Below are positions 42,702 through 56,175 of a DNA stretch of 64,000 nt, in pieces. The notes beneath the pieces were generated by a model. It was not told the origin of the DNA, made no database searches, and saw nothing but the letters and a program-made list of their open reading frames with translations. The stretch lies in the NCBI RefSeq assembly GCF_001194135.2, contig NC_068994.1:8978496-9042495 (forward strand), in the 5' to 3' direction. Numbering within the stretch: the first letter of the stretch is position 1; each line of letters starts with the position of its first letter. Origin of the DNA: Octopus bimaculoides. Its lineage: Eukaryota. Position numbers and translations under genes: made by a program.

Positions 42702-43569
42702 NNNNNNNNNNNNNNNNNNNNNNNNNNNNNNNNNNNNNNNNNNNNNNNNNNNNNNNNNNNNNNNNNNNNNNNNNNNNNNNNNNNNNNNNNNNNNNNNNNN
42801 NNNNNNNNNNNNNNNNNNNNNNNNNNNNNNNNNNNNNNNNNNNNNNNNNNNNNNNNNNNNNNNNNNNNNNNNNNNNNNNNNNNNNNNNNNNNNNNNNNNN
42901 NNNNNNNNNNNNNNNNNNNNNNNNNNNNNNNNNNNNNNNNNNNNNNNNNNNNNNNNNNNNNNNNNNNNNNNNNNNNNNNNNNNNNNNNNNNNNNNNNNNN
43001 NNNNNNNNNNNNNNNNNNNNNNNNNNNNNNNNNNNNNNNNNNNNNNNNNNNNNNNNNNNNNNNNNNNNNNNNNNNNNNNNNNNNNNNNNNNNNNNNNNNN
43101 NNNNNNNNNNNNNNNNNNNNNNNNNNNNNNNNNNNNNNNNNNNNNNNNNNNNNNNNNNNNNNNNNNNNNNNNNNNNNNNNNNNNNNNNNNNNNNNNNNNN
43201 NNNNNNNNNNNNNNNNNNNNNNNNNNNNNNNNNNNNNNNNNNNNNNNNNNNNNNNNNNNNNNNNNNNNNNNNNNNNNNNNNNNNNNNNNNNNNNNNNNNN
43301 NNNNNNNNNNNNNNNNNNNNNNNNNNNNNNNNNNNNNNNNNNNNNNNNNNNNNNNNNNNNNNNNNNNNNNNNNNNNNNNNNNNNNNNNNNNNNNNNNNNN
43401 NNNNNNNNNNNNNNNNNNNNNNNNNNNNNNNNNNNNNNNNNNNNNNNNNNNNNNNNNNNNNNNNNNNNNNNNNNNNTATATATATAATATATATATATAT
43501 ATACACGTAAACAAACGCACATACACTCGCACCCACATGTACACAATTGTAAGAACAAATATCTAAATT

Positions 43570-43700
43570 TGGTTAGGTTACTCTAATTACGATTGTAGGA
43601 GCGAGGTTTCGGTTCCCAAAGCGCGATTCATGTTGTGCTCTTGAATCAAACACTTCAATTAAGGTTGTTCTGCGATCCTTTCAGCATTGACCAGCCTATC
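43570..43700 (+). mobile_element. Degenerate SINE head (C-like)
   Basis: ggtttcggttccc...gttgtgctcttgaatcaaacacttc resembles the B box plus gtccttgagcaagacact. Confidence 0.4.
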
Positions 43701-44262
43701 TTTTATCACGGCTGCCATTCTAACCATGGTCAAGTCGGTTTTATCCTATATATATAGGAACACATTTGTCATTCCACGTAGCTGTTAGATGAAAAGTTTG
43801 AAGTAAGTCAAAGAATTTTCTGGATGTGTGATTTATTGTTGTTTCAGTAAAGTCTCACACATTGGCATAATTTGAAAGGAATATAATAAAGTTGTATTTT
43901 CAGCAGCATAGTTTTTATTGTAAAAGCATATCGAATCGTATTTAAAGCGAATCACTAAGGGTTACTAAACACTATTTTATCCAGAAATTTTTTAAACAGT
44001 GTGTAGTTGTATAAATTTATTGTTCGTGTGGTAAGCTACGAAATTCTTACATTCTCTAGATTTCCCATCATCGCAGCAAACAAAATTGAAAAGCGGTTGC
44101 TTGCAGAATTGTTAGGGAGAATGTGGTGGCATAGCCACCCTGTCTTACGGGGATCGCATATGCAAATAGCCATTTACGCCCCGATAGCCGTGAGCAAAGA
44201 TACGGCTCGGAAGTTATAAATTATTTTCCCCGGAATGATAATCCCTCATTAATAACTTTTAG

Positions 44263-44296
<34 letters not shown>

Positions 44297-44888
44297 GTAC
44301 GTGTTTGTGTTCATATATGTTTATGAGGTATTAACTCAATGCACACTAAGATATTGTTATGTGAATAATAAGATATTTTAACTAACTTCTGTTTAATGAA
44401 TATACCCTACATAGAAAGGATACTAAAACAACAAACCATATTTCATATAGACATATATAGCTGTGTGCTGAAGCCAGAAACCTGCCGGAAACATTGTGTC
44501 GATTCTAACACTAAATGATGACAACGTGTAGTTGACATTTTCAAAGCTGAATCTTCATAGAAATGAAAACTGAATAATGCCGAACAGCTGTGAAAATTTC
44601 AGTAATGTATGCAGACGAATAAAAGTCATCTCTAATGAAATAAAATGTGTCAATTCTCCTAATGGTCTTAACACACATTTATAAGTACAGAAAAAGAACT
44701 TTTGTTAACAGTACAGACAGGAACATACGTACGTAGATACACACACACATATACATGTACGGCCATACATAGAGGTACATGAGTTACTGAGAGTTACGCA
44801 ATTTACATGTATAAAATAGAGAGCTACACAAACACACACAACAGCACGCAGGTAGCACACACACACACACACTCACACACACACACAT

Positions 44889-44939
<51 letters not shown>

Positions 44940-46537
44940 TAATGATATTTTGATATCGTGACTATATTTTGAAAACGATTTCATTGCATTCAAATTTGTG
45001 AATTATATATAAAAAAAGGCAACTTTAAAAAGAGAAATTCCATAGACCTGATGGAATGATGTTTTGGTGTAAGAGGGTTCGGCTAACTAAACAAATAATT
45101 AATAAGGCAACCCTGAAACAGATATTTAATAAGGTAATCCTGCGACAAATATTTAATAACGTGATCCTTAAACAAATACTTTATAAGGTAATCCTTATTG
45201 TAGTTCTTTTATCTATCAGAAAACACAACTTTTGACTGACTCTGGATTATATTATTTGCTCCCAGTTGATGATTGGTGTAGAGTTGGCTGTCGTGCTTTC
45301 TGAGATGCTATGTAGTTATATATGGGACACATCTGTCTGCGCCTTCGCCTTCAATGTGAAGGATTCTCTTTAAATGAGAAAATCAAAGTTCTCTTTAGGC
45401 TACAATGTATTCATTTTTTTCGAGTATTATGTAACTACATGAATAATTTTGTTTGGCTTTTGTATTTAGTTTACAAGCTTCGTGATGTTAACTCTTGTGT
45501 TAACACAAATGCTGTGGCATATTTTCGACGATCTTTTTTACCAATCATAATCTCATGCCCTGCTACAACTTCATATCTTTATTGTTCTCCTCAGTTAGCA
45601 GAAAGGTACTACGTCATTAACGTGGTCCCGAATAGCGAGGAAGGAATTTGACAAACGTCACAAAGATTAGACGACTGATTAAGCAAGCAATCGATAAGTT
45701 AGTTAAATAAGTAACATATTAACTAATAACAAACAATGAAAATTCACCAGTGCGTATATTTATTATTGGCTGAACGACCCTCTCATGATACAACAAAATA
45801 TTTTTATATCTACGATGAGTTATCTATTTCAGTTACCTGAGTATATTACTTTAGAAAATGTAGGAAATTCGCACCTATGATAATGCAATTCAGAAATTTG
45901 TGAAAAATTATAATGAATGGATGCCGATAAAATCACTTAAATATAGTACTACTTTACCTTCCACATTTAAATAAAACTTCGTAGAAATTTTCTAACGTTC
46001 TCCGATTTGTTTAAGATCCTTTCTATTCAGGTGAACTAAAACGTGAATAATTTAGATTAGGTGCCCCAGAGATTTGAAAATGTTCCATAGAATTGTCATG
46101 CGTAGCTTTGCAATTTAAATGATTCGATATTCACTGTACCATTATGCCGGAAATACTTTATCAAACTCTTCTATTTCTATGTAAGTAGTTCCATAGATTC
46201 GCATGTAGCGAGGAAATCAGTGAAATGTCCCAGTAAAATCAACTTCGAATGAATATATATACACTCTACTACTTGGAATTAGATTCTATACAGTTTGTAT
46301 GTATGTACATATATGTATTGTATGCATGTATGTATGTATGTATATGTGTCTGTGTATGTTTGTGTGGATAACTACACACATACACACACATATATGTATA
46401 TATAAATCTATAAAGTGACTCAGGGCACTAGTGAGCATCGGTAATGCTAGAAATAAGAGTTAAAACAACTCAGCCAAAATAATCACCTTATGTAAATGAA
46501 TGGTAAGAGAGGCAATGTCTCTCAGCTCCTAGGAATT

Positions 46538-46583
46538 GCCAGATCACAGTGATTTCATATTTATACCAATGCTCGTCAGTGAC
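46538..46583 (-). ncRNA. Hammerhead-ribozyme-like motif (minimal type I, stem II imperfect)
   Basis: Minus strand: GUCA-CUGACGA-gcauugguauaaauau-GAA-AUCAC-u-GUGAU-C-UGGC. Canonical core, AUC triplet, palindromic stem III, 4-bp stem I; stem II has a mismatch. Confidence 0.35.
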
Positions 46584-46746
46584 TCTCACCTAGCGCCTTG
46601 GGTTAAACGCAACTCTATGTGTGCATATATATATATGTGTGTGTGTGTATACCTCCATATATTCTTCCACTCTTACGTGCTTTAGTCATTTGGCTACGGC
46701 CATGCTGGAACATACATATTTATACATACACACATACATACATACG

Positions 46747-46980
46747 AAGGCGGCGAGCTGGCAGAAACGTTAGCACGCCGGGCGAAATGCTTAGCGGTAT
46801 TTCGTCTGCCGCTACGTTCTGAGTTCAAATTCCGCCGAGATCGACTTTACCTTTCATCCTTTCGGGGTCGATTAAATAAGTACCAGTTACGCACTGGGGT
46901 CGATATAATCGACTTAATCCGTTTGTCTGTCTTTGTTTGTCCCCTCTGTGTGTAGCCTCTTGTGGGCAGTAAAGAAATAA
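46747..46980 (+). mobile_element. Full-length, well-preserved SINE family A
   Basis: aaggcggcgagctggcagaaacgttagc head, B box gagttcaaattcc, core ctttcatcctttcggggtcgattaaataagtacc, tail ending gtgggcagtaaagaaataa. Confidence 0.9.
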
Positions 46981-47767
46981 CACATACATACACACACACA
47001 CACATATATATATAGGGTGCTTTACTGAGTGTGTGCTTTAGTTTGTGCATGTGTGTTGGCGCGCGCGAGCCTCTCTATGTTTGATTATGTGAGCACGTAA
47101 GTAATTATTTCGTCGGTTATGTCGCTTCTGCAAAACAACATGGTACCATGCATAGAACGAAACCAAAATTAAAACGAAGTTAAACACGGTCACATAAAAC
47201 ATTTGTAAAACGCCAAATTCTCAGCCTAACAATATTAAATTACTAGAATATTCTTGCGCAATCAATTCTAATCGTTAAATGGAAGCGAAACATTAACATG
47301 CAATTAAGTGAAATATTCAGTGTAGCTAAAATATGAAACCAATAATTAAATATTTAAAATTCACAAGTAGCGAACTAAGCCAGTACATCTCACATATTAA
47401 ATGAATTTGATATGAAATTATGTTCTTGTTTTTTGTTATGGTTTTGTCATTCATTATTATCTTGTTTAGCTTGCGTTCAGCACCGTCTTTGTGGATACAT
47501 AAACGAGGCTGCCATGTCGTTGTTAACACTACTATGCAGTTCTGTTACTGTCCACTGTTTACATTAACCACTTTATCAGACGCGCGCGCCTCTCATTTTC
47601 TCTATTCGCTGTTTGACTACATTTAGTGTAATTCCTGAGGACGATCGTTACCAGAGAAGAAGAACACATATAGCTTCAGATGTTGGCCCTTTGAAGCCAA
47701 CGACAAGGGTACACCGACGTGAAGCATAAACACATGGATGCGGAAGATATGTTAAATACTTTACCTT

Positions 47768-47933
47768 AGGCGCAGGAGTGGCTGTGTGGTAAGTAGCTTG
47801 CTGACCAACCACATGGTTCCAGGTTCAGTCCCACTGCGTGGCACCTTGGGCAAGTGTCTTCTACTATAGCTTCGGGCCGACCAAAACCTTGTGAGTGGAT
47901 TTGGTAGACCGAAACTGAAAGAAGCCCGTCGTA

Positions 47934-47990
<57 letters not shown>

Positions 47991-48184
47991 TTGTGTTTGT
48001 CCTCCCACCATCGCTTGACAACCGATGCTGGTGTGTTTACGTCCCATTAACTTAACGGTTCGGCAAAAAGAGACCGATAGAATAAGTACTAGGCTTACAA
48101 ATAATAAGTCCTGGGGTCGATTCGCTCGACTAAAGGCGATGCTCCAGCATGGCAGCAGTGAAATGACTGAAAGAGTAAAAGAAT
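47768..48184 (+). mobile_element. Full-length SINE family E with internal (TA)n(TG)n
   Basis: A box tggctgtgtgg, B box ggttcagtcc, body, microsatellite 47933-47995, tail ending gagtaaaagaat. Confidence 0.9.
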
Positions 48185-48849
48185 TATGTTCGTACGTGTA
48201 CTTTAATCATAAATTATTGCCATTTCAATTTTATTTCAAATAAAAAGTGCCTGAAATGACCGCGAACAAATTGCCGCTCTCATTTGTGTAATCCATTAAC
48301 TTTCATTTGAGTTATTCAGCTGCTACGTTTAGCACTTTGTCCGAACTTGTTGCGGCGACTCTATATTTGGCTCGAGTCTATCTTAAGTGCTTTGTTAATA
48401 TTTCAGTTTTATTGACTTTTGCTTTCCCCAATCAATCGATAACATATGAAAGTTTTATACATAGTGGAATTGATTCAATTAATTAATATCCATCCTTTCC
48501 TATAAAATAAATCAATATAAGGATGGGAAATTTCATTTAAATAATCATTATTTTGTCCAACTAGTATGGCTTGAATTTTCAATCTATGATGTATTGATTG
48601 GTAATCAGAAATGATTTCGTATTGTTATCTATTCAACTGAGAAGTAAACAATATTTTGGTACATGCAATCGATTATAATTCATTCGTTGCAAAATTGTAG
48701 CATATTAGGAGCATTATAGGCAATGAAACTTTATAGGAAGTCTGTAGAAGCATTATTAAAATGTTGATATTTGTTCCTTTAAAAGAAGATATACTTTTCA
48801 CAACGAAATTTATTCAAAAGTTATACCAATACTGTGCTTAAATGGTACG

Positions 48850-49010
48850 AACCCAAATAGATAATACTCTCAACAGTTTAAACATTAACTATATTCATAG
48901 CGTCCACGAAACCATTAGCCAATCGCCAGGAAGGAAATGTCTCCCGATAAAAAAAACTCATAAGCAAAATAATGCAATTCCGCTTCTCGATATACAGGTT
49001 CGGTTGGCCC
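48850..49010 (+). pseudogene. Possible Penelope-like reverse-transcriptase remnant
   Basis: IDNTLNSLN...KQNNAIPLLDIQV resembles the LN.....IKFT.E.E.NN.IPFLD segment that follows the YVDD motif in PLE RTs. Confidence 0.35.
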
Positions 49011-49030
49011 TTCGTACACACGAATAAAAA

Positions 49031-49090
49031 CCACTCCGGTGCACTCCGGTGCACCCCGGTGCACTCCGGTGCACTCCGGTGCACTCCGGT
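49031..49090. repeat. GC-rich minisatellite (GCACTCCGGT)6
   Basis: Six 10-bp units with two substitutions, seen directly. Confidence 0.95.
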
Positions 49091-49154
49091 CTTCCTCAAA
49101 TATCAGCAGGACAAGAGAACTGAGATCCCATCTACGTGATAAAATCTCCGCCGT

Positions 49155-49158
49155 GGTA

Positions 49159-49196
<38 letters not shown>

Positions 49197-49262
49197 TGCG
49201 TGCATGCATGTATGTATAAACGACGGGCTTCCACACAGTTTCAATCTAGCAAATCTAGTTAC
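49155..49262 (-). mobile_element. SINE E middle fragment with (TA)n
   Basis: cgacgggcttccacacagtttc is the reverse complement of the gaaact...gaagcccgtcg body motif. Confidence 0.65.
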
Positions 49263-50361
49263 CTGTGATATATTGAAACCAGGACTATATTAGAACACAA
49301 ATGTCGATGGTACCGAGCAGTTCAAACAACACAAAAACAGGTGATTACCAAACGAGCGCCTTGCGCACACAGGTATGACATGAACTATATATGAAATATG
49401 AAACTTTTCTTAATTTGGATTTAGTAAAAAAGTAGCATATCAGATTTTCTGTTATTAGAAATTCACCTTTGAAATCAAATGTTATCCAACATGATATATG
49501 AAAGCAGAAAATCACTACAACGAAACAAAGCGAATGTAACTTACAACTGAACTTAGAGTAATTCGTATAAACTATATCACAAAACGAGCAGACTGGATGT
49601 TAAACAGATTACCAATACTAGATTGACAATCATTTGGAACTCTACTAACATCATTTCGAAATTTCTGTAATATAACACAATTATTGCGCCCGCAGAGAGT
49701 GCAAGATCTTATACAAAAAAAAAACCCAACTAAAAAACTAAATAAACAAACAAACAAATAAACAACTAAACAAATCTATACAGTAACACCATTGAGATTC
49801 GATAAATGCTTAGATTGAAGGAAGTGGAAACTAATTGCTATACTAAGGAAATTTATTTCTTGATGTATATGGAGGAAAAGAAGTACAATGGAGAAACTAA
49901 CTTCCCTGAAGGCAAATGACAAGCGAAACAATTACTCGCATAATTTCAGTTTGGCTCTCCCTTGCCAATTCCGAATATACTCACAGCCATGGTTGATTTG
50001 GCACACACTTTTACTTGACAATTACTGTACTATGTTCATGAAAGCGGTTAAAATTACATATTACCAAACAACCACCTACACATGACAATGACATGGATAT
50101 ATTAATTTACGCTATGTATGGTTAAACAGCAAGGAAATTATGTTGAAGTGTGTAGATATAATTTACAAGGGCTAGCATTAAAGATTCCTGCACTATAGTA
50201 GACATCTCGATACTCAATGACCCCCTTTGGCTAGAAATTGAAAGGTATAGGCGAGAAAAAAACTCACAGTACAATGAGCGTGAAATGGAAATAAACGAAA
50301 TGTAAATCAGAAAAGTTGAATGCTTACGTTTAGTATTACCAATGGAGATTTTATAATAAAT

Positions 50362-50458
50362 TAAGTACCAGTTACGCACTGGAGTCGACTTAATCCCTTT
50401 GTCTGTCCTTGTTTGTCCCCTCTATTTTTAGCCCCTTGTGGGCAACAAAGAAATAAGA
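50362..50458 (+). mobile_element. SINE A 3' fragment
   Basis: aagtaccagttacgcactgg...gtttgtcccctct...cttgtgggcaacaaagaaataa. Confidence 0.8.
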
Positions 50459-52610
50459 ATATATTTTACTTACCATTACTATTACGATGACATAGTGTGG
50501 TTTACAGAGGATTTGACTTCTCTTTCTGTTAAATGAACGACTGTGTCGAACTTCTTTTGTAGCTGAGACAGCTGGCACCAATCGCGATTACTTCTTTGCG
50601 TTATTGTCTTATCTAAAACATGCCGTTCACTCTAGCTTGCTTCAATAACAAGATAGAACTTATTTATTTCAAAGACCACGTCGATTCTAGATGTACAGTA
50701 AAATGTTTTCAATCATAAAAATAATTCTAGGATGGATTTGTTTACGATATATTTGATTGAAAAAAAAAAGCACTTCACGTAAAAATATTAAAAATATAAT
50801 TAAATTATCTTTAAAAGATAATTTTATCAAAATATTTTATCTCTAGCGATATTCATTCGGAATCGTTTCATTTCACATTAATGCCGAACCTACGTCTATT
50901 GTTACAGGATTTATTGTGTCGTATCACGATAGGATCATATTATTGTTATCTATATTTCATAATGAAGCATAACGTAAACAGATAAGTCTATTAGAATTAA
51001 TTAATTATATTAGATTTTCTCTTTGGAAATACGATCAGGATTAATGGAGGCCCCCAAGACACAACTACGACTCAATCAGATAAAATAACGAGAGGAGGTC
51101 ATTGCAATCGCATGATATACAACACCTTTCTGGAAATATACTTGTGAAGAATTGTTTAAATTTAGACATTACACACAACGTTCAATTATCATGAAGTTAT
51201 TCAATTAATGTTTAAAATCTGTTGATTGTATGTACTTCGCTAGATGTGACATTTGTTATGTTGCAGGAGCTGGAAAGAGAGTGAGAGAGAAATACCCGTT
51301 GTTGCAAATTAATACAAACAGTAGAGAACTAATTTCAATATTGTTAGTCGTAAGCGTTTGTTGCAAACCGATAATTGTTTATCAAGTGTGCGTCTCTACT
51401 TAATTACATATTAGCATGATGCAGTCATAATAGATCTTCATATTGATTCTGTTTATAGTCACTTCGATTCAGTCATGATGTCGATATATGTTAAATGTTA
51501 TTGGAATACTCATTGAGTTGGCGGCAGCCGACATGTAGTCATATAAATCAGATTGGTAATGATCGGATTTTAAAAACGTATCAATCATTTTCTGAATTAC
51601 GTGTTGTATAAAGTTATTCATTCATTTGTATCTTCCATCTCTTCATCAACTGTTGCCATCATAGCTTAATTTTTTGACAAACCTCTAATTTAAATGTATT
51701 TAGCATGAATATTAACAGTAACAATTTCAACGTCAAAAATAGACTCCAAAAGAAAATATATAATTGAATAACAAATATTTCGAATACATTTAAATGGAAT
51801 TCGGCACTTAACTCATTCATACCATAACCAAAAAGAATAAACGGTAATGTCACCCTTGGCAGCTTTTGAACACGCTGTACAAAAAAGATAAGTAGCCCAA
51901 TTAAAGAGTCGTGACCTCAATACGGCATGATATTTAGTGAATTACTCTACCTAACTTGCCTCTCCACTGCGCTTATATAACATACTGATGAAAAGACTAC
52001 AGTCAATATTAAGAAATATAGCCGTATTTTTTATTTTGATTTTACATAACTAGTCAACAACATTGATATCGTTTCCAGCCCTTTTCCCTCCTTAATCACA
52101 ATATTGGCTTATTTGTCATGTGCAATGAAAACAGTCGTCATTGAAAGAAGTATATTTTTTTACTTAGACGATCTTCCCTTTCCTCCATATGATAGTGTTT
52201 CTTGTTGAAATTTTACGAGAGTATTTATATATAATTTCGTGTAGAGCACATATTTGCATACAATTCCGTTAAGTCAATTTATAGAGTTGACAAACAGAAA
52301 CTTTAAGAAAATACATCTGCAATAACGATGATTATGCAAAAGCTAGTTAGGAGAACATCTACCAAATAACGACAAACAAGTCAATATAAGTTTGTTCGTA
52401 TTGAACTAAACAATATTGTTCATAATTCTCATATAGCGTAAGACAATTAAATATAAAATAGAAATAATCAAAGTGAACAATCTATGTAGTACTAAGATAT
52501 AACCCAATGTAAACATATTCTCTTTAAGAAAATAACATTGATTTCAATTAGATGTGAAGTTCATTTGTATATATGACTAAATTCCAAAAAGCGGAAATAC
52601 AGGTCAGAAA

Positions 52611-52668
<58 letters not shown>

Positions 52669-52743
52669 CAGAGGTAGATACAGAAATACATATATACATG
52701 CATACATATATACAGGCATATATACACACATATGCATGCTGAC

Positions 52744-52775
<32 letters not shown>

Positions 52776-53009
52776 GTATGTATATTTAGATACATATATA
52801 TATGTATACATGTATATATTCATATATATTTGCACACATATATGCAGATATATACGCATACATGCATATTTATGTATGTATAGTTTATAGACATAGCCTA
52901 TAATTATATAATTATATAACTGCATATTGCTTCAGCGTCTATCTCGTTCCGTTCAGGAACGCATATACAGATATACGCAGATATGCGCACATGCACGCAC
53001 ACACACACA

Positions 53010-53041
<32 letters not shown>

Positions 53042-56000
53042 TGCAACTGTACACATTATCATACAGGCACATATTCATTTAACTTACGTCAGCATAAATG
53101 TTTATTATATTTAACTCACTCTCTCTTTCTTTCTCATTTACTCACTCCATACATTTGTATGTTTGTATGCTTACACACACATCAATACATATATGTTCTC
53201 ATAACTGTACATATAAAACCAGTTATGCGTATACATACATACACNNNNNNNNNNATATATATATTTATATATACAACATTTGCTTACGCTAATCACACCC
53301 AACTAGTACCTTTCAGACTTAAACTTATACAAATGCATTCAGTGAAATTTCTCAGTATGGTCGAGAAAGACAGAATTAAAATGGAGGATGCACAAAGAGA
53401 AATGATATTGACAGAAACAGCAGACACACAAATATACGTTAAGAGATATACTGAGAGTTGGGAAATGAATAGCTATATTTCAAGTATATTTGTGGCTACT
53501 TAATCTAAATTACATGCCCAGAATAATGAGTAGGCGTCTCGATTTATCTAATAGTTACCAATAATATTAAATTATTAGTTAGACATATATCTTAATTATT
53601 TAACTGTCCGCATAAATTTACGCAGTTCATTTGGAACTAATGAAAGTTTTCTGTCCGATGTGATTACATATCTTAGGCCTTGTATCTGTATTGCTGTTTA
53701 CGTATAAAATAATTCTATGTACAAATGTAACTCTTCAAAGAGACACGGGTCACGCAGCCATGCTGATACTCGTGGTCGCTTTCATATATCACGCACACAA
53801 TTGTATACGTTTGTGCGCACATATTCTGGTATGTTTATACGTGTGTGTATATATGTGTATATGTTGATGTATACAGATATTATTCACATACACAGAGATG
53901 TATATTATCTAAATACATACATATAGACATATATATTATACATACATACATACACTCCCCCACGTATATCAGTTGGATAAAGTTAAAACATGGTTTGGTT
54001 GCATTATGGTATTCTAAAACTACAATAAAAAAGAAATAAGTGTATTAAACATTAATAAATTTTTTTTGTATCGGTGATAATGTTCAATTAGCTTTTTCAT
54101 ATGTTCGTAGTAATCATCAGATCTCAAACTGTATTTTACTGACAGTTGAGTTCTAGATAATTGTAGTAAAATTACTAACTTCTTCTTTTCTGTACCTCAT
54201 AGAAAGCAACCACATAATCCAAAGAAACTATTAACAAGGGAAACATTCAACAAGACCAAATAGGGCAAAACATTTACAATATCCAAGTGGAATATGTCAG
54301 AGACACGTACTGTATACATTTATAGGCCATTAAAATAATAACACCTGATTGTTCATTTACAAGGTCATGTGATAGGAAAAACGGGAAGAAAGTCAGAGAG
54401 AAAAAGAAAACATATACAATATAAAAGTAAACAAAGAAATCAAAGGGCAAATAAGGAAAGAAAATTCACAGCGGCCACACTCTTCTCAATACGTGTGACG
54501 TAACAGCTCATACAGTCTTTTGCGTTCCCTGCATGAATCGTAATCCAGGGATCATTCTCAAATAATTTTCAGTTCCTTTACTGATCATTTCAAATACTTC
54601 TATAATCACTGGTATTGTAACCGTCTTGAGATGCTCCAGGTACTGTCGTCATCTGTACGCCATTCTCATTTCGTTTTAGTTTTCGCTTGGGCGTGACATT
54701 AGTTGAGGTACCTGCCTGTTCAGAGTTAACTTTTTGGCAGAGCACCGTTTCTGGTTGTATGTTATTTTTATTTTAGTATCTTGAGCGCCTCAAGCTCATA
54801 GATAGAAATTTGTTTTTATTTGTTTTCCAAGTTTTATTACCAAGCATATTCGTTTTTTTTTCTCTATTTAAAATGAGACGTGTTGCATTTTATATTTATT
54901 GTTATTATTATCTGTCTTTTTTAAATCTTTTAAACACTGTGTGTTCTAAGTTGTCTTGTTCATGCACGAAATATACAGGTGCATGTGCGAATTATATAAA
55001 CATTACATTTACGTGTATTTATGTAGAAATGAGACTGCATATGCGATTATGATTTGTATTGAGTGTATTGTTCTGTAGCAACATCGCATTCTCGCGCATT
55101 GCTTCAAATCTTGTATAGGCAAATCGCTTCTCAGCGTGATGTTTACTTTTTCACGCACTTGTCTTTCTGTGACAACGTGTCTTACAGCAAGAATGTTTCA
55201 TTTGTGAGAGAAATATTTCGGCGTCCTGAAATGATTTACATTAAGAAACAATTTTCTTTCATATTTTTGCTGTTTCTACGTACATTGAAGAACGTATACG
55301 TAAAGATAATTGCTCAAATTTATGATTAGAAAATAAACAAAAATGAAAAAAACTGCATTTTATTTGCAAGATTTTAAATACTTTTTAATAAATCTACCCA
55401 GGTGTAATTGTTTCAGACAAGCAAGTTTCACGATATACAAGTTCACGGTAAAGATATAATATTAATATCGTAAAATGAATAGATATATATAAATATATTG
55501 ATATAAATAAACTTATAGGAACGGTTTTCTGAATAAAAGTTCATATGAATACAGTTGTAGAAATCTCTCCATTCAGTTATATCAGAACGCGGAATATCAA
55601 GCTATTTCAATATAGCTATATCAGTACAGTTATAGAGATGCATCGCATAAGCAGAACGCCATAAATGCAATTGCATTATATTATAGTTTATTCATAATAA
55701 CACATTTTATTTGTTTTAAATCCAGGTGATGTTAAATTTACCCCTGATAATTCCGGGATCAATAAAATAAGTAGCAGTTAAATACCGCGCGACTATCTTT
55801 CCGCGTGATTATACCTATGAAAACGTAATAGCTGTGTCTTCATGTTGGAAGTATTTAAGTTTGTATGGATTCAGTTTATGTGAATAATTTCGCCTTAATA
55901 CAATTATATTGTGAGAGCAAAATAATTATCCTAGCTATACAAATAACCGTATCACTACAGACACACACAAACACATGCACACACACACACAGGCACACAT

Positions 56001-56074
56001 ACACATAAGATAAACTTCCAATGAAACGGATGCGTGGCGTTCAATCATACAATAATATAAATAATATATATAAC

Positions 56075-56175
56075 GGCGCAGGAGTGATTGTGTGGCAAGT
56101 AGCTTGCTAACCAACCACATGGTTCGAGGTTCAGTCCTACTGCATGGCACCTTGGGCGTGTGTCTTCTACTATGG
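56075..56175 (+). mobile_element. SINE E head
   Basis: ggcgcaggagtgattgtgtggcaagtagcttgc...ggcaccttggg...cttctactat. Confidence 0.8.

Noticed and set aside
47626-47728. Plus-strand terminal-exon-like frame VIPEDDRYQRRRTHIASD...EA*
   Set aside because: Moderate acceptor only; no linked exons or homology.
49031-49090. Short regular repeats as a CRISPR array
   Set aside because: Tandem units without spacers, eukaryotic context, and no cas genes.
11415-54125. Other CUGANGA words (11421, 18315, 18522, 28927, 34547 minus, 34950, 54116 minus)
   Set aside because: No properly paired stem II plus GAAA plus NUH arrangement.
54589-54775. Met-less minus-strand frame ending TPKRKLKRNENGVQMTTVPGASQDGYNTSDYRSI*
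   Set aside because: It looks protein-like, but has no convincing acceptor before an upstream stop and no recognised homology.
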